From Caldisericia bacterium (GTDB lineage: Bacteria; Caldisericota; Caldisericia; UBA6126), in assembly GCA_035363255.1 (NCBI GenBank), contig DAOSES010000007.1, forward strand, positions 2,723 through 66,722: 64,000 nucleotides of DNA, in the 5' to 3' direction. The translations under genes and the position numbers were made by a program. Positions 24,584-34,648 of the stretch are shown in pieces (the first letter of the stretch is position 1; each line of letters starts with the position of its first letter). The notes below the pieces were generated by a model. That model did not search any database, was not told where the DNA came from, and worked only from the letters and a program-made list of their open reading frames with translations.

Positions 24584-27500
24584 TTAAATCATCTTGCCCA
24601 TTTCACGGGTGATGATCATCAAATCAGACATATCCACTCGTAGATCCTGGTTGAAATCACAACTTGCGTTAAAAGCTGCATCCCCCCTGTTAGTGCCATA
24701 AGCTTCATTGAAGATGGCATAATCATAGCGATCTACAATTTTGTCGTTGTTGATGTCTGCAAGGAGATAGTCACGATTCTGGATGCGGATACTTGGCATC
24801 ATAGGCTTGACTCTCTGGCTTTCTCCTGTATCTAGTATGATTCTAAAGCCTTTGCTAGAAAAGCGGACTCTGCCTGCGCCAATGGTCCTGAAAACGAGGG
24901 TAAAACTCTTTTGGTCAAGGAAAGTACTGAGGGGCATTTGATCAAAGTAGAACTTGACCTTGATAATACCATTGTTGTCGTCTTCATCTATGTCAAAATC
25001 AAATTCGTCTTCGATATCTTTCATAAAACCATTGAGCCGGAAACTACGATACATTAATCTTGCGGGATCATAATTTAACTCAAATTCGATGGAAGAGACT
25101 GCTTTTGCATTTTGTTCCAGCGATAAAAGAGAACCGAAGTTAAGGTCCAGGGGAAACTCTTCATACTCGCGAAAAATTGCAAGTGAGGAGAAAACTGCAG
25201 TAATGGGATCTGGAACATCAGAACTTATTACCTGGAAAGCTTGCTTTTTTTCAACGTAGTTGGTGGTTTTATATGCTTTTTCTTTGCTATCATAATAAAG
25301 TTTGGTCATGCTGACAGAAATGAAATAGGAACCTTTAGGGAGGAAATAGCGATTTTCTCGATTTTTTCCATTCCAGGGTATTGAGTATTCTCCAACCATA
25401 ACATTGCTAAGGGATAAAATACTGTCCCACTCTTCTCCTTCATTGTCAACAATGGCTATCTTGACGTTGCCATAATTTCTTCCAATGTTCATAGTGGAAT
25501 TTCCACTTGGAACAGTTACTACGGTGCCAGCATTCATAGAAAAATTGATCAAAACGGAATCGGTAAGCTCTGCCGATTGAGTAGAGAACTGGAGCTGTGC
25601 AGTGGAAAGACGTATGTCAGATATGGGCTCAGGCAGGTTGGATACATTATCTCTACAAATAACAAAGGGAATGTGGAGATCTGAGCCAAGTTTGACAATT
25701 CCTTCGTATCTCCCTCTAAGAAAACGTTCTTTGTCTACTTTAAATTTGACTGTAAACTGGGCATCTTTTGAAGGTTCAAGGGAAAGATTTGTTGAATCAA
25801 AGCTAAGCTCGATTGGCGAAACTTCGCCATCCAGTAAAAATACTTGATAATTTAAGTCAAAGCTTTGTTTTTCGGCTTTTGCATTACTTACTGTAAAAAC
25901 CTGTTCAAACTCTTGGGAAGCGTTTGAAAACACAAGTGCTCTTGGCTCTATAAAGGCAGGGGTAAAGATTGCTCTATCAATTCTGGCAGATCCGGCACCT
26001 TGTAGAAAAAAAGTGATGGGCATACGGTTTGCGGGGTTGATAAGAAGCTCTGCAGTGTTCATAAATGCGGATTTAATCTGATTAAAATCCCATTTGGGTC
26101 GTGCTTCTTTTAGCAGAGTAGCCAAACCTGCCATGGAGGGGCTTGCCATGGAAGTACCGCTGGCATAGCCATACTTACCTCCGGGGAAAGTAGATAGAAT
26201 ATTGTCTCCGGGAGTTGAAATTTCTGGTTTGAATGCAGCGTCAGGGGTGGGACCCATGGAAGAAAAATCAGCAATCACTTTCAAGTTTTGGTACAAAACT
26301 TCGAGTGAATAGGTCTTCTGGCTTTCTGCTTTTAAAAGAAGTCCATCCTCAAGACTGAGCATGAGAGTTGGAGGAAGGTAAGCCACTTGTGCGGCAGTTT
26401 CGTTTCTTGCTGCATCCAAAATACCAGGATTGATATAGTCCCCAGAAGTATGATTATAAAGGATGACTCCTACAGCCCCTTTGGCATAAGCATTTTCCAA
26501 CTTTTCACGAAAGGTGATGCCAGTGGGGAGAGGTCCTCTTTGAATGAGAGCAATTTTATCTTTTATGTCAAGATCTTTCAGTTCACCCACCGAGCCAAAT
26601 CCAGCAGGCACAATAGCTTTTTCAAGGAGTTGATTGGTGAATTGGGGAGTGGGGGAAACTTGAACTGCAGGCATGACTACCTTGGAAGCTTCCTGAGGAG
26701 TTAGAATAAGACTTGCCTCGATAGTACGGTCGTTGGAAGCTGCTACAGAAAAAGCTTCTTCCACAATCGCAGGGGATCCTGCAGTCCAGGGTAAATCTGA
26801 TCTTCGGGAGCCATCATTACCAATGGCAACCACCACCAAAACTCCTGCCTTGGAGGCATTGGCTATGGAACGGTGATAAGCACTGCTACCTTTTGAATTT
26901 TCGCCTCCCGCAAAGCCAAGAGACATATTGATAACATCGCATTTATCAGCAACTGAGCGATCGATGGCAGCGATGACATTTCTTGCACCTTGTTGTTCTG
27001 GGGTAAACACTCGATATGCCATAAGGTCGGCTTCGTAAGCCATTCCTCGATATTTGTCTGTTTTTCCTTGACCGGCTGAAATGCCTGCTACGTGGGTTCC
27101 GTGGCCTTCTTCATCTCTGTAGTCACCGTTTCCTTTGACAAAATTGTAGCCTCCACGAACTTTCTTGGGACGGTTGAACTCTGAATGATCCTTGTCAAGA
27201 CCAGTATCTATGATACCAATAAGTTTGTTTCTGCCTGTAAGTCGGGAGATACCTTGCTCAGAAAATCCATTCCAGGCTTCACTTGAACCGGTAGTGCCAG
27301 CCATAATTTCACGCACTGGCTGAAATTTGGGACGGTCATCGTGTATAAACAAGATTCTTTGATCGTTAAGAAGTTTTGACAGGTCTCTGCCTTGAATCTC
27401 AGCACTCATGGCATTGAGCACAAGAGTGATATGCTCCTGAGGAATGAGCTTGATATTTCGTTGACTAAGGGAGCTTAAGAAATCTTCCTGTTTGGACATT

Positions 27501-27772
27501 AATATGTTTTGATATTCACTTGTTTCGTTTAAAATAGCGTTTTGTTTTATCTTAACATCTTCAAAAACTTGATCCTGCTTTGTTTTTGACCAAAACTCCA
27601 CTCCAGGATCATCTTTGAATTCAATCAATATCTGGACCCATTCCTGACTCTCGCCATATTCATTTAGAAAGACAGGGTCAATTTTGGGAGCTGATTTTTC
27701 GTGAGCTGAGGAAATATTCAGCGAAAACAACATAAAAAATAAGACAAAAAAAGCCATACATTTATTAAACAT
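24584..27772 (-). CDS. secreted S8 serine protease with a PA domain, a cohesin-like module and a C-terminal dockerin
   Basis: Catalytic motifs IIDTGLD, GHGTHVAGISAG and GTSMASPSMAG. PA-like insert (IALIQRGPLPTGITFREKLENAYAKGAVGVILYN). GGAGGAG lies 8 nt upstream of ATG 27772 (MFNKCMAFFVLFF). Confidence 0.9.
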   Translation of the reverse strand: MFNKCMAFFVLFFMLFSLNISSAHEKSAPKIDPVFLNEYGESQEWVQILIEFKDDPGVEFWSKTKQDQVFEDVKIKQNAILNETSEYQNILMSKQEDFLSSLSQRNIKLIPQEHITLVLNAMSAEIQGRDLSKLLNDQRILFIHDDRPKFQPVREIMAGTTGSSEAWNGFSEQGISRLTGRNKLIGIIDTGLDKDHSEFNRPKKVRGGYNFVKGNGDYRDEEGHGTHVAGISAGQGKTDKYRGMAYEADLMAYRVFTPEQQGARNVIAAIDRSVADKCDVINMSLGFAGGENSKGSSAYHRSIANASKAGVLVVVAIGNDGSRRSDLPWTAGSPAIVEEAFSVAASNDRTIEASLILTPQEASKVVMPAVQVSPTPQFTNQLLEKAIVPAGFGSVGELKDLDIKDKIALIQRGPLPTGITFREKLENAYAKGAVGVILYNHTSGDYINPGILDAARNETAAQVAYLPPTLMLSLEDGLLLKAESQKTYSLEVLYQNLKVIADFSSMGPTPDAAFKPEISTPGDNILSTFPGGKYGYASGTSMASPSMAGLATLLKEARPKWDFNQIKSAFMNTAELLINPANRMPITFFLQGAGSARIDRAIFTPAFIEPRALVFSNASQEFEQVFTVSNAKAEKQSFDLNYQVFLLDGEVSPIELSFDSTNLSLEPSKDAQFTVKFKVDKERFLRGRYEGIVKLGSDLHIPFVICRDNVSNLPEPISDIRLSTAQLQFSTQSAELTDSVLINFSMNAGTVVTVPSGNSTMNIGRNYGNVKIAIVDNEGEEWDSILSLSNVMVGEYSIPWNGKNRENRYFLPKGSYFISVSMTKLYYDSKEKAYKTTNYVEKKQAFQVISSDVPDPITAVFSSLAIFREYEEFPLDLNFGSLLSLEQNAKAVSSIEFELNYDPARLMYRSFRLNGFMKDIEDEFDFDIDEDDNNGIIKVKFYFDQMPLSTFLDQKSFTLVFRTIGAGRVRFSSKGFRIILDTGESQRVKPMMPSIRIQNRDYLLADINNDKIVDRYDYAIFNEAYGTNRGDAAFNASCDFNQDLRVDMSDLMIITREMGKMI
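24587..24769 (-). other. dockerin-like module
   Basis: ADINNDKIVDRYDYAIFNEAYG ... CDFNQDLRVDMSDLMIITREMG. Confidence 0.75.
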
Positions 27773-27799
27773 TAAAAACTCCTCCAAAAACAAACAAAA

Positions 27800-28777
27800 T
27801 CAATGGCAATATAAAAGCTGTTTTGCCTGAATCATCCATGTATCCACATTACTTTTTTGGTTGATTCGGGTTAAACGCAAATCAATCTCAAGCTGAATCA
27901 GCTTTTCCTGCGCAAGCAATAATCGTTCCATAGCAGTTGGACTGCTAATTAAATTCAAAAGTTGCTGGTCCATATCTATTATACTACTTTTGTAGCTTGA
28001 AAGTTTCATGTAATAACACTCTTTGATGAGAATTTTAAAAATATCAAGACAGTTTTGAGTATCATTCTTGGAAATCGAAGGAAAAACACTTCTGGGATTT
28101 ATGATAAAGTCGATAAGTTTTTGGATCCATTGCATATGCTCGTTGTATTTTTCTTCATTCATGAGTTCATGAGCTTTTTTCATATTGCCTTGCGACAAGA
28201 GGACAATCAAATCAATATGTGCTGGATTGCAGGCATTTTTGTTGAGTAGTATTTTTATTTGATCTAACGATAGTCGGTGGAAGGGTAGGCTTACGGTTCG
28301 AGAAAGAATAGTGGCAGGAATGGAATCAAGCTGAGAAGTGGTCATGAGATATATGGTTGAGGCATTGGGCTCTTCAAGACTTTTAAGCATGGAATTAAAG
28401 GCATCCATGGTTAAAAAATGAATATCATCTATGTGGATAACTTTTCTGGGGGCATAAGCTGGCTTCCAAGAGGAAAACTCTTGAATTTTACGAGCGGTAT
28501 CGATTCCAATGGAAGCTCCATCCTGGGATGAAAAATAATAATAATCGGGATGGGCACCAGATAAGTGCATTCTGCATGATTTGCATTCTCCGCATGCAAA
28601 TCCGTGTTTGCTTTGAATGCAAAGTAAGTCTTGTGCCAGATGCTGAGCGAAAAAAGTCTTTCCGCTTCCTGAAGGACCCGCAAACAAGAGGGAATGTGGA
28701 ATTTTGTTGCGCGATAAAAAACAGGACAAGATTTCATGAACCTGTTTTTGGGTATCGAATAAAGCGGAAATGCTCAT
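27800..28777 (-). CDS. holB: DNA polymerase III delta' subunit
   Basis: Walker A-like GPSGSGKTFFA and Zn module CGECKSCRM. Position tmk-darA-holB as in Bacillus. Confidence 0.85.
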   Translation of the reverse strand: MSISALFDTQKQVHEILSCFLSRNKIPHSLLFAGPSGSGKTFFAQHLAQDLLCIQSKHGFACGECKSCRMHLSGAHPDYYYFSSQDGASIGIDTARKIQEFSSWKPAYAPRKVIHIDDIHFLTMDAFNSMLKSLEEPNASTIYLMTTSQLDSIPATILSRTVSLPFHRLSLDQIKILLNKNACNPAHIDLIVLLSQGNMKKAHELMNEEKYNEHMQWIQKLIDFIINPRSVFPSISKNDTQNCLDIFKILIKECYYMKLSSYKSSIIDMDQQLLNLISSPTAMERLLLAQEKLIQLEIDLRLTRINQKSNVDTWMIQAKQLLYCH

Positions 28778-29107
28778 TTAGTATTTTATATACTTTTCGA
28801 TGTCTATGATAAAAACCTGAGCACCTCCGACAGTAACTTTAACTGGGAGACTAAAACCTGAAATTCCTTCGATCAAATTAAAGGGAAGGGTTTCTACATA
28901 ACGCTCTCGACTGTGAGCATGCTCTTGAATAATGCTTAAGACTTCGTCTAATTTTTCGTTTTCTACGGCAATAAGCAACACGATATTTGAAACTTCAAGA
29001 AAACCACCAATACTTTTTAGTTTGGTCACTTTGAAACCTTTTGACAACAAGTGATCCAGCAATTCGCGCATATCTTCTTGTTGAACGATGGAAATGATTA
29101 GCTTCAT
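28778..29107 (-). CDS. darA: PII-like cyclic-di-AMP receptor protein (YaaQ/DarA family)
   Basis: 109 aa. MKLIISIVQQED...FKVTKLKSIGGFL...VTVGGAQVFII closely parallels B. subtilis YaaQ/DarA as I recall it. Conserved position between tmk and holB. Confidence 0.75.
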   Translation of the reverse strand: MKLIISIVQQEDMRELLDHLLSKGFKVTKLKSIGGFLEVSNIVLLIAVENEKLDEVLSIIQEHAHSRERYVETLPFNLIEGISGFSLPVKVTVGGAQVFIIDIEKYIKY

Positions 29108-29120
29108 TGCTTAAACCTCC

Positions 29121-29753
29121 TTAAGGCTCATTTTTATTGAAACATCTGCCATCGATGCACTTGATGGCTTCGCTTTCCACTTTATCGGGGCTTTGATTTC
29201 CATCGATAAGAACTATGCGATCACTGTTTAGTCGGGCTAAATCCAAATATCTACTTCGAATGTCTTTTAGCAATTCCATTTGTTCAAAATATTCCTTTTC
29301 CCTGTCATCTATTCGATGCAAGGACCTTTCCGGATCTACATCAAGCAAAATAGTCAAATCCGGTGTCAACATATCCAACAATATCTGAGATATAGTATAA
29401 ACTGTTTTTAAATTTTTTTCATCTTTTCCCTGGTAGGCTATAGTAGAATCAACGTAACGATCGCATAGCACCCAATAAGCTTGGGAAAGATAGGTCTTGA
29501 GCTGCTCAACATGAAGAGCTCTGTCAGCAGAAAACAAGAATAACTCAGCAAGGAAATTAGATTGATATGCTTTTTCTGGTGAGAGATAAGTTCTAATAAA
29601 CTTACCTATAATGGAGGAAGTGGGTTCTGAGGTTAAATAAACTTGTTTTTGTCGCTGAATTAGGTATTTTTCGAGTTTCGTAATTAAAGTACTTTTACCC
29701 GAACCGTCTATCCCTTCGATGGTAATGAAAAAAGATTTAGACATCTTGATCAT
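29121..29753 (-). CDS. tmk: thymidylate kinase
   Basis: P-loop IEGIDGSGKST, DRY motif (LCDRYVDSTIAYQG). Confidence 0.9.
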   Translation of the reverse strand: MIKMSKSFFITIEGIDGSGKSTLITKLEKYLIQRQKQVYLTSEPTSSIIGKFIRTYLSPEKAYQSNFLAELFLFSADRALHVEQLKTYLSQAYWVLCDRYVDSTIAYQGKDEKNLKTVYTISQILLDMLTPDLTILLDVDPERSLHRIDDREKEYFEQMELLKDIRSRYLDLARLNSDRIVLIDGNQSPDKVESEAIKCIDGRCFNKNEP

Positions 29754-32272
29754 TGGAACACATAATAATTGAGAATTTTATTACCAATAATATCTCCTGA
29801 AGAAGATCGCAAAATTGCTTGCAACAGGTTTACCCCAGGTATATCGGGTACATAATAGTATCGATAAGGATAGTCTGTTAAAATGGCAACCAATTGACCA
29901 TTCAGATAGAGTTCGATTGAGTTGCCTCGAGGATCAAATATATTGAATCCGATTTCGGTGGGAGATCCGATACGTAAATTGGCTGAGCCAAAATATACGC
30001 TAAAATCACCCGTATCAACACTAGGAGGAGTATAAAGTGATTGGTCAGGCTCTTCTTTTTTGGGAGGAGGAGGGGGGGGAGGGGTCTCGTCTTTTGGAGG
30101 TGGTACGCTACTCTCGGGAGCTTTTCCTGCCTCGGGATCCTGATTTTTTTCTTTTTCGGATGAGTTGTCCTCTTTGTTGTCCGTCTTTTCTTTGGGATTC
30201 TTTTCAGTTGGAGGCGGAAGAGTATGCTTCTTTGGGCAAATGCCAAGAATTGAACTCTCTACTCTGGTTTCAGTTATCGCAGGACATGATGAATTTGCTC
30301 TCAAACCGGTTTCTCTGCATATACGAACCTGAACGAGCCCTTGAGGTTCTTTCCAATCCTGATCTATGAAAAATTTCTGTTGATAAAGTGTTTGTACAAT
30401 TTGCTTGAAGATTTGACCTGCAAAGACTGAACCATAATTTTGCACTGCTGATAAGTCGATATCTTTACTATCTGATCCTACATAAACTGCCAATACCACA
30501 GAAGGAGTAAAACCTACAAACCAGCCATCTCTGAAATTTTCAGTCGTACCAGTCTTTCCCGCCATTGGAACTCCAGGGATATCAAGTGATGAAGCAGTTC
30601 CTGATGATTTGAAAGGTTCTTTAAGCAGTTCTGTCATCAGGTAGGCTGCCTGGGGAGATATCACTTGTTGGTATTCTTTGGAAGCTTGAAATAGTTTTTG
30701 GCCTGTCTTTCTGCGTTCAATCAAGCTTATGGCTGAAGGTTTGCAATGTTTTCCACCATTTGCAATAACTGCATTGGCTATCGCCATATCAAGGGGTTTG
30801 ACTTCAAGACTTCCCAATGCCATCGAAGGCACAGGAAGCATTGGGGTAGTAAGTCCCATTTTTACTGCGTACGCAGCTGTTTGTTCGAGTCCTACACGAA
30901 GTGCTACTTTCACTGATGCGATATTGGAGGAGATTCCAATGGCTCTTCGGGCTGTCATAGCACCAAAATAGCCTGAAGTCCATTCTTTGGGTCTCCAGCC
31001 GTCGATGTTCATTGCTTCACTGACCAAAATACTTTCAGGGCCTAACAGCCCCTGATCAATGGCAGCAACATATGGAAAGACTTTAAAACTCGATCCGGAT
31101 TGACGCTCAGCTAAAGACCGATTGAATTTCGTGTTGGTGTAGTCGCGACCACCTACCATGGCAAATATATCACCAGTTTTTGCCGATACTGCGACTACTG
31201 CCCCCTGGGGTTGCTTCACCCCTGCTTGATCCTGGACTGAAGATGGCAATTTCCCATCCTTTTCTGCTTGAGCCAGCACTTCATTAAATTTGCGAAAACA
31301 AAGACCTTGAATGGAAGGATGTAAATTGGTGTGTATTCGCAAGCCACCTTTGTATAGCTCCTGAGCAGACAATTTACTGACTACCTCCTCTTTGACATAG
31401 TCGATGTAATAATCCAATCCATCAGGCAGGATGGTCTCATTGTCTGAGAATGCTTTTTGATTGGAGATTTTTACTTCCATGAGATAAGCCTTATCAGCTT
31501 GATCCTGGGTGATATAATGATTATCAACCATTTTATTGAGTACGTTTTTTTGATAGTCTTTGATCTGCTGAGAGGGAGAAAACAATGAAAGAGCTGAAGG
31601 AGCTGGAAGAATTGATATCAACAGGGAAGCTTCTTCAAGATTTAATTCTTTTGCATGTTTTCCAAAATACTTCCGAGCAGCAGTTTCAACCCCATAACAT
31701 CCCTCGCCAAAATAAGCTTGGTTGAGATACAACTCAAGGATCTCAGTCTTTGTAAAACGTTGCTCAATACGAAGAGACATGATGATTTCTCTGACCTTGC
31801 GAGTAATGGTTTTTTCCTTGCTAAGAAACACATTTCGTGCAAGCTGTTGAGTAATAGTGCTTCCACCCTCAGCATAATCCCTGCTTATAATGTTGGAGGC
31901 AATTGCTCGAAGAACTGCTTTCATATCAACGCCAATATGTTTGTAAAAACGCTCATCCTCGGATGCAACAACAGCATCAATCACAAAGGGTGAAATGTCT
32001 GTCAAAGAAACATAGATTCTGCGTTCAGTTAAATAGAGAATTTTGAGGACCCTGCCATCTCGATCCAATACTTCAGAAGATTCTTCGCCAGCAATAACAA
32101 TTGCTTTAGTTTCTGGTAAATCTTTTGAAAAAAAGATCCATATCTGCAAAACAAAGACACTACTGAAAAAAACCAGACTCACCAATAAAATCAGCAAAAG
32201 GTTGCCGATTAAACGATACGGCTTTTTCTTTCGAAGCAGAGAGCTGGAAGTGTTAAGAGGATATATCAACAT
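29750..32272 (-). CDS. class A penicillin-binding protein (glycosyltransferase + transpeptidase), copy 1
   Basis: GT51 motifs ASEDERFYKHIGVD and GGSTITQQLARN. Transpeptidase SGSSFK, SSN and KTGTT. Pro/Lys/Glu-rich linker and a C-terminal beta-rich domain. Confidence 0.9.
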   Translation of the reverse strand: MLIYPLNTSSSLLRKKKPYRLIGNLLLILLVSLVFFSSVFVLQIWIFFSKDLPETKAIVIAGEESSEVLDRDGRVLKILYLTERRIYVSLTDISPFVIDAVVASEDERFYKHIGVDMKAVLRAIASNIISRDYAEGGSTITQQLARNVFLSKEKTITRKVREIIMSLRIEQRFTKTEILELYLNQAYFGEGCYGVETAARKYFGKHAKELNLEEASLLISILPAPSALSLFSPSQQIKDYQKNVLNKMVDNHYITQDQADKAYLMEVKISNQKAFSDNETILPDGLDYYIDYVKEEVVSKLSAQELYKGGLRIHTNLHPSIQGLCFRKFNEVLAQAEKDGKLPSSVQDQAGVKQPQGAVVAVSAKTGDIFAMVGGRDYTNTKFNRSLAERQSGSSFKVFPYVAAIDQGLLGPESILVSEAMNIDGWRPKEWTSGYFGAMTARRAIGISSNIASVKVALRVGLEQTAAYAVKMGLTTPMLPVPSMALGSLEVKPLDMAIANAVIANGGKHCKPSAISLIERRKTGQKLFQASKEYQQVISPQAAYLMTELLKEPFKSSGTASSLDIPGVPMAGKTGTTENFRDGWFVGFTPSVVLAVYVGSDSKDIDLSAVQNYGSVFAGQIFKQIVQTLYQQKFFIDQDWKEPQGLVQVRICRETGLRANSSCPAITETRVESSILGICPKKHTLPPPTEKNPKEKTDNKEDNSSEKEKNQDPEAGKAPESSVPPPKDETPPPPPPPKKEEPDQSLYTPPSVDTGDFSVYFGSANLRIGSPTEIGFNIFDPRGNSIELYLNGQLVAILTDYPYRYYYVPDIPGVNLLQAILRSSSGDIIGNKILNYYVFQ

Positions 32273-34646
32273 CAGTGCTGATCATCGTAATATATTCTTC
32301 ATCATGGCGTAATACTGCCATAATTTTGATCGGTCCAGCTTCTTCAGGAATCCACTCAAAGGAGTATATACCATGTTCAAGAAGAATCACTCGTCGATTG
32401 TTGATAAAAACTTCAACTTTATCAGCTTTAGGATGTTTAACTTCAAAAGCAATTTTAACTGCTTGCCCCACTTTCCATGGTCCTGCTGGGAGGGAAAAAG
32501 CTATGGGATTGCCATGTAGGGTGCATTTCTTTTTTGGCTCCATACCTTCGAGGAAGCCTTTTTCTTCAATATGGGGGCAATACTCTGTAGCCAACTCACC
32601 AGACTCAGAACAAATCTTGAGAAATACAAATTCTTTGCCATGAGAAGTGCAATACTTACTCGGAGAAAAACCTTTCAAATAGATGCTTGATACTCGTAAA
32701 TTTTCGGGACAATCATCTGTTGCGCGAAGACCACTGTCGCGACATAAATATGCTGATTCCACATTTTCCGCTTTAGTTTTGAAAGCTACCTTTTCGAGCT
32801 TGGGAGAAAGCTTTAGTAGAAATCTTTTCACCATAGGAGCAGCAAATGAGGATCCCCATAGTTTTGCATGGGGTAGCTCCACCTCACGAGAATCACGTCC
32901 TACCCAGGCGCAGGCTACAACTTCCGGAGTATATCCAACAAACCATCCACTCAGAAAATCCTCCGATGTTCCCGTTTTACCACCCGCATCAAATCCTACA
33001 GATCCGTTAACGTTTGCAAATACGCTTTGAAACAAGTCATTCATCAAGATAGCTGTCTCTTCTTTGATGACTCTGACAGGTTTTTGATTGAATTCAAAGA
33101 GAAGCTTATCATCTTTGGTGCTCACTTTGGTGATTGCCATGGGATCAACTCGCATCCCATCGTTGGCAAGAACCCCAAAAGCAGTTGCCATTTCGAGGGG
33201 AGATACCTCAAGACTGCCAATTGCCATACTTGGCACCGGCAACACACTTCGTTTTATGCCCATTTTTTCTGCAAAGTAGGCTAAGCGCTCCCATCCAACA
33301 CGTTGAGCAACTTTGATTGCACAAATGTTGGAAGATTTAACCAAGGCTTCCCTTACCGTAAGCTTTCCGAAGAATTGTTTTTCGCCGATCCACTCCTCGG
33401 GTATCCAGACGTTTTCTTGGTCTGGCATAGACATTGCTTCACTCTCAATCAGGGTGCCAGTACCAATGACTCCAGATTCCAAGCCTGCAGTATAATCAAA
33501 TATTTTAAACAAAGATCCTGGCTGTCTTTTGGCTATACTGCGATTAAACTGAGTCTTGCTAAAATCTCGCCCTCCAACCATCGCAAGGATTTCCCCAGTC
33601 TTTGGAGACAGCACCAAAATCTGCCCTTGGGGCTGAATAACTCCGAAGTGATCGAGATAGTCTGTCTTGAAATACTTATCTTTTTCAGCCTTATCAAAAG
33701 TTTCACTTAAGGAATCAAAAGCCATGTCCTGGATAGTTAAATCCAAGGTGGTGTAAATCTTAAGACCTTGTTTGAGCAAAGCTTCTTCTGGAAACAGGTC
33801 TAAAACAAGATTTTTTATATAATCTACAAAGTAATATTTTGATTCAAATTGAGTTTTATCTTCGAGAGTTTTAAAAACCATTTCTTCTTTGAGTGCGGCT
33901 TCATACTCCTCTTGAGAAATGAATCGATTACGCAGCATTTTTGCAAGAACCAGATCTCTTTGACGAAGGGAAGCTTCTCTGTCAACCCAGGGAGAATGAA
34001 GGGAGGGAGCATTGAGCGTCCCTGTGATTAAAGCTGCTTCAGCGATACTAATATCAGAAACCGTTTTTCCAAAAAAGTTACGTGAAGCTGCTTCAATGCC
34101 GTATGATCTTCCTGCTGGACTCGGACCAAAATAAACATAGTTCAAATAGTATTCCAAAATTTCGTCTTTAGTGTACTTTTGTTCGAGGTTGATGGCTAAA
34201 AACACTTCTCTTATCTTTCGATCATAGGTTCTTTCGGTGCTTAAAAACAAGCCTCGAGCCAATTGCTGGGAGATGGTACTACCTCCCTCCACTCGATTTT
34301 TGTTGAGAAGGTTGTTTCGAGCTGCTCTTAAAATACCAATCAAATCATACCCTTTGTGTCGGTAAAAACGTTCATCTTCAGACGCAACAATAGCGTAACG
34401 AACATGCATTGGAATAGCACTCATGGGGGTAGCTATACGGTATTCATCCAGTTCAACGCTGGCAATAAACTCCCCGTTCCGATCGAATATTTGCGAAGAA
34501 ACTGGCGGATTTTCAGCTATATCTTTGATTTCAGGCAAGGAAACCACTATAGAGTTTTTCCATCGTATCAGCACTATTCCAAAGATGATGACAAAAACCA
34601 AACAGATGGAAGCAATGATGAGTAGAATTTTATGTATTTTTTTCAT
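32253..34646 (-). CDS. class A penicillin-binding protein, copy 2
   Basis: ASEDERFYRHKGYD and GGSTISQQLARG. PGSLFK, KSSN and KTGTS. Repeated CxxSGxxATxxCP motifs. I chose ATG 34646 (MKKIHKILL). Confidence 0.9.
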   Translation of the reverse strand: MKKIHKILLIIASICLVFVIIFGIVLIRWKNSIVVSLPEIKDIAENPPVSSQIFDRNGEFIASVELDEYRIATPMSAIPMHVRYAIVASEDERFYRHKGYDLIGILRAARNNLLNKNRVEGGSTISQQLARGLFLSTERTYDRKIREVFLAINLEQKYTKDEILEYYLNYVYFGPSPAGRSYGIEAASRNFFGKTVSDISIAEAALITGTLNAPSLHSPWVDREASLRQRDLVLAKMLRNRFISQEEYEAALKEEMVFKTLEDKTQFESKYYFVDYIKNLVLDLFPEEALLKQGLKIYTTLDLTIQDMAFDSLSETFDKAEKDKYFKTDYLDHFGVIQPQGQILVLSPKTGEILAMVGGRDFSKTQFNRSIAKRQPGSLFKIFDYTAGLESGVIGTGTLIESEAMSMPDQENVWIPEEWIGEKQFFGKLTVREALVKSSNICAIKVAQRVGWERLAYFAEKMGIKRSVLPVPSMAIGSLEVSPLEMATAFGVLANDGMRVDPMAITKVSTKDDKLLFEFNQKPVRVIKEETAILMNDLFQSVFANVNGSVGFDAGGKTGTSEDFLSGWFVGYTPEVVACAWVGRDSREVELPHAKLWGSSFAAPMVKRFLLKLSPKLEKVAFKTKAENVESAYLCRDSGLRATDDCPENLRVSSIYLKGFSPSKYCTSHGKEFVFLKICSESGELATEYCPHIEEKGFLEGMEPKKKCTLHGNPIAFSLPAGPWKVGQAVKIAFEVKHPKADKVEVFINNRRVILLEHGIYSFEWIPEEAGPIKIMAVLRHDEEYITMISTDVDISS

Positions 34647-34648
34647 TT

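Noticed and set aside
30072-30079. G8 (C8 on the coding strand) homopolymer in PBP copy 1, considered as a phase-variation tract.
   Set aside because: It encodes the poly-Pro linker of an otherwise intact housekeeping-type PBP, and the reading frame is open through it. There is no evidence of a switch, so I noted it only under the PBP finding.
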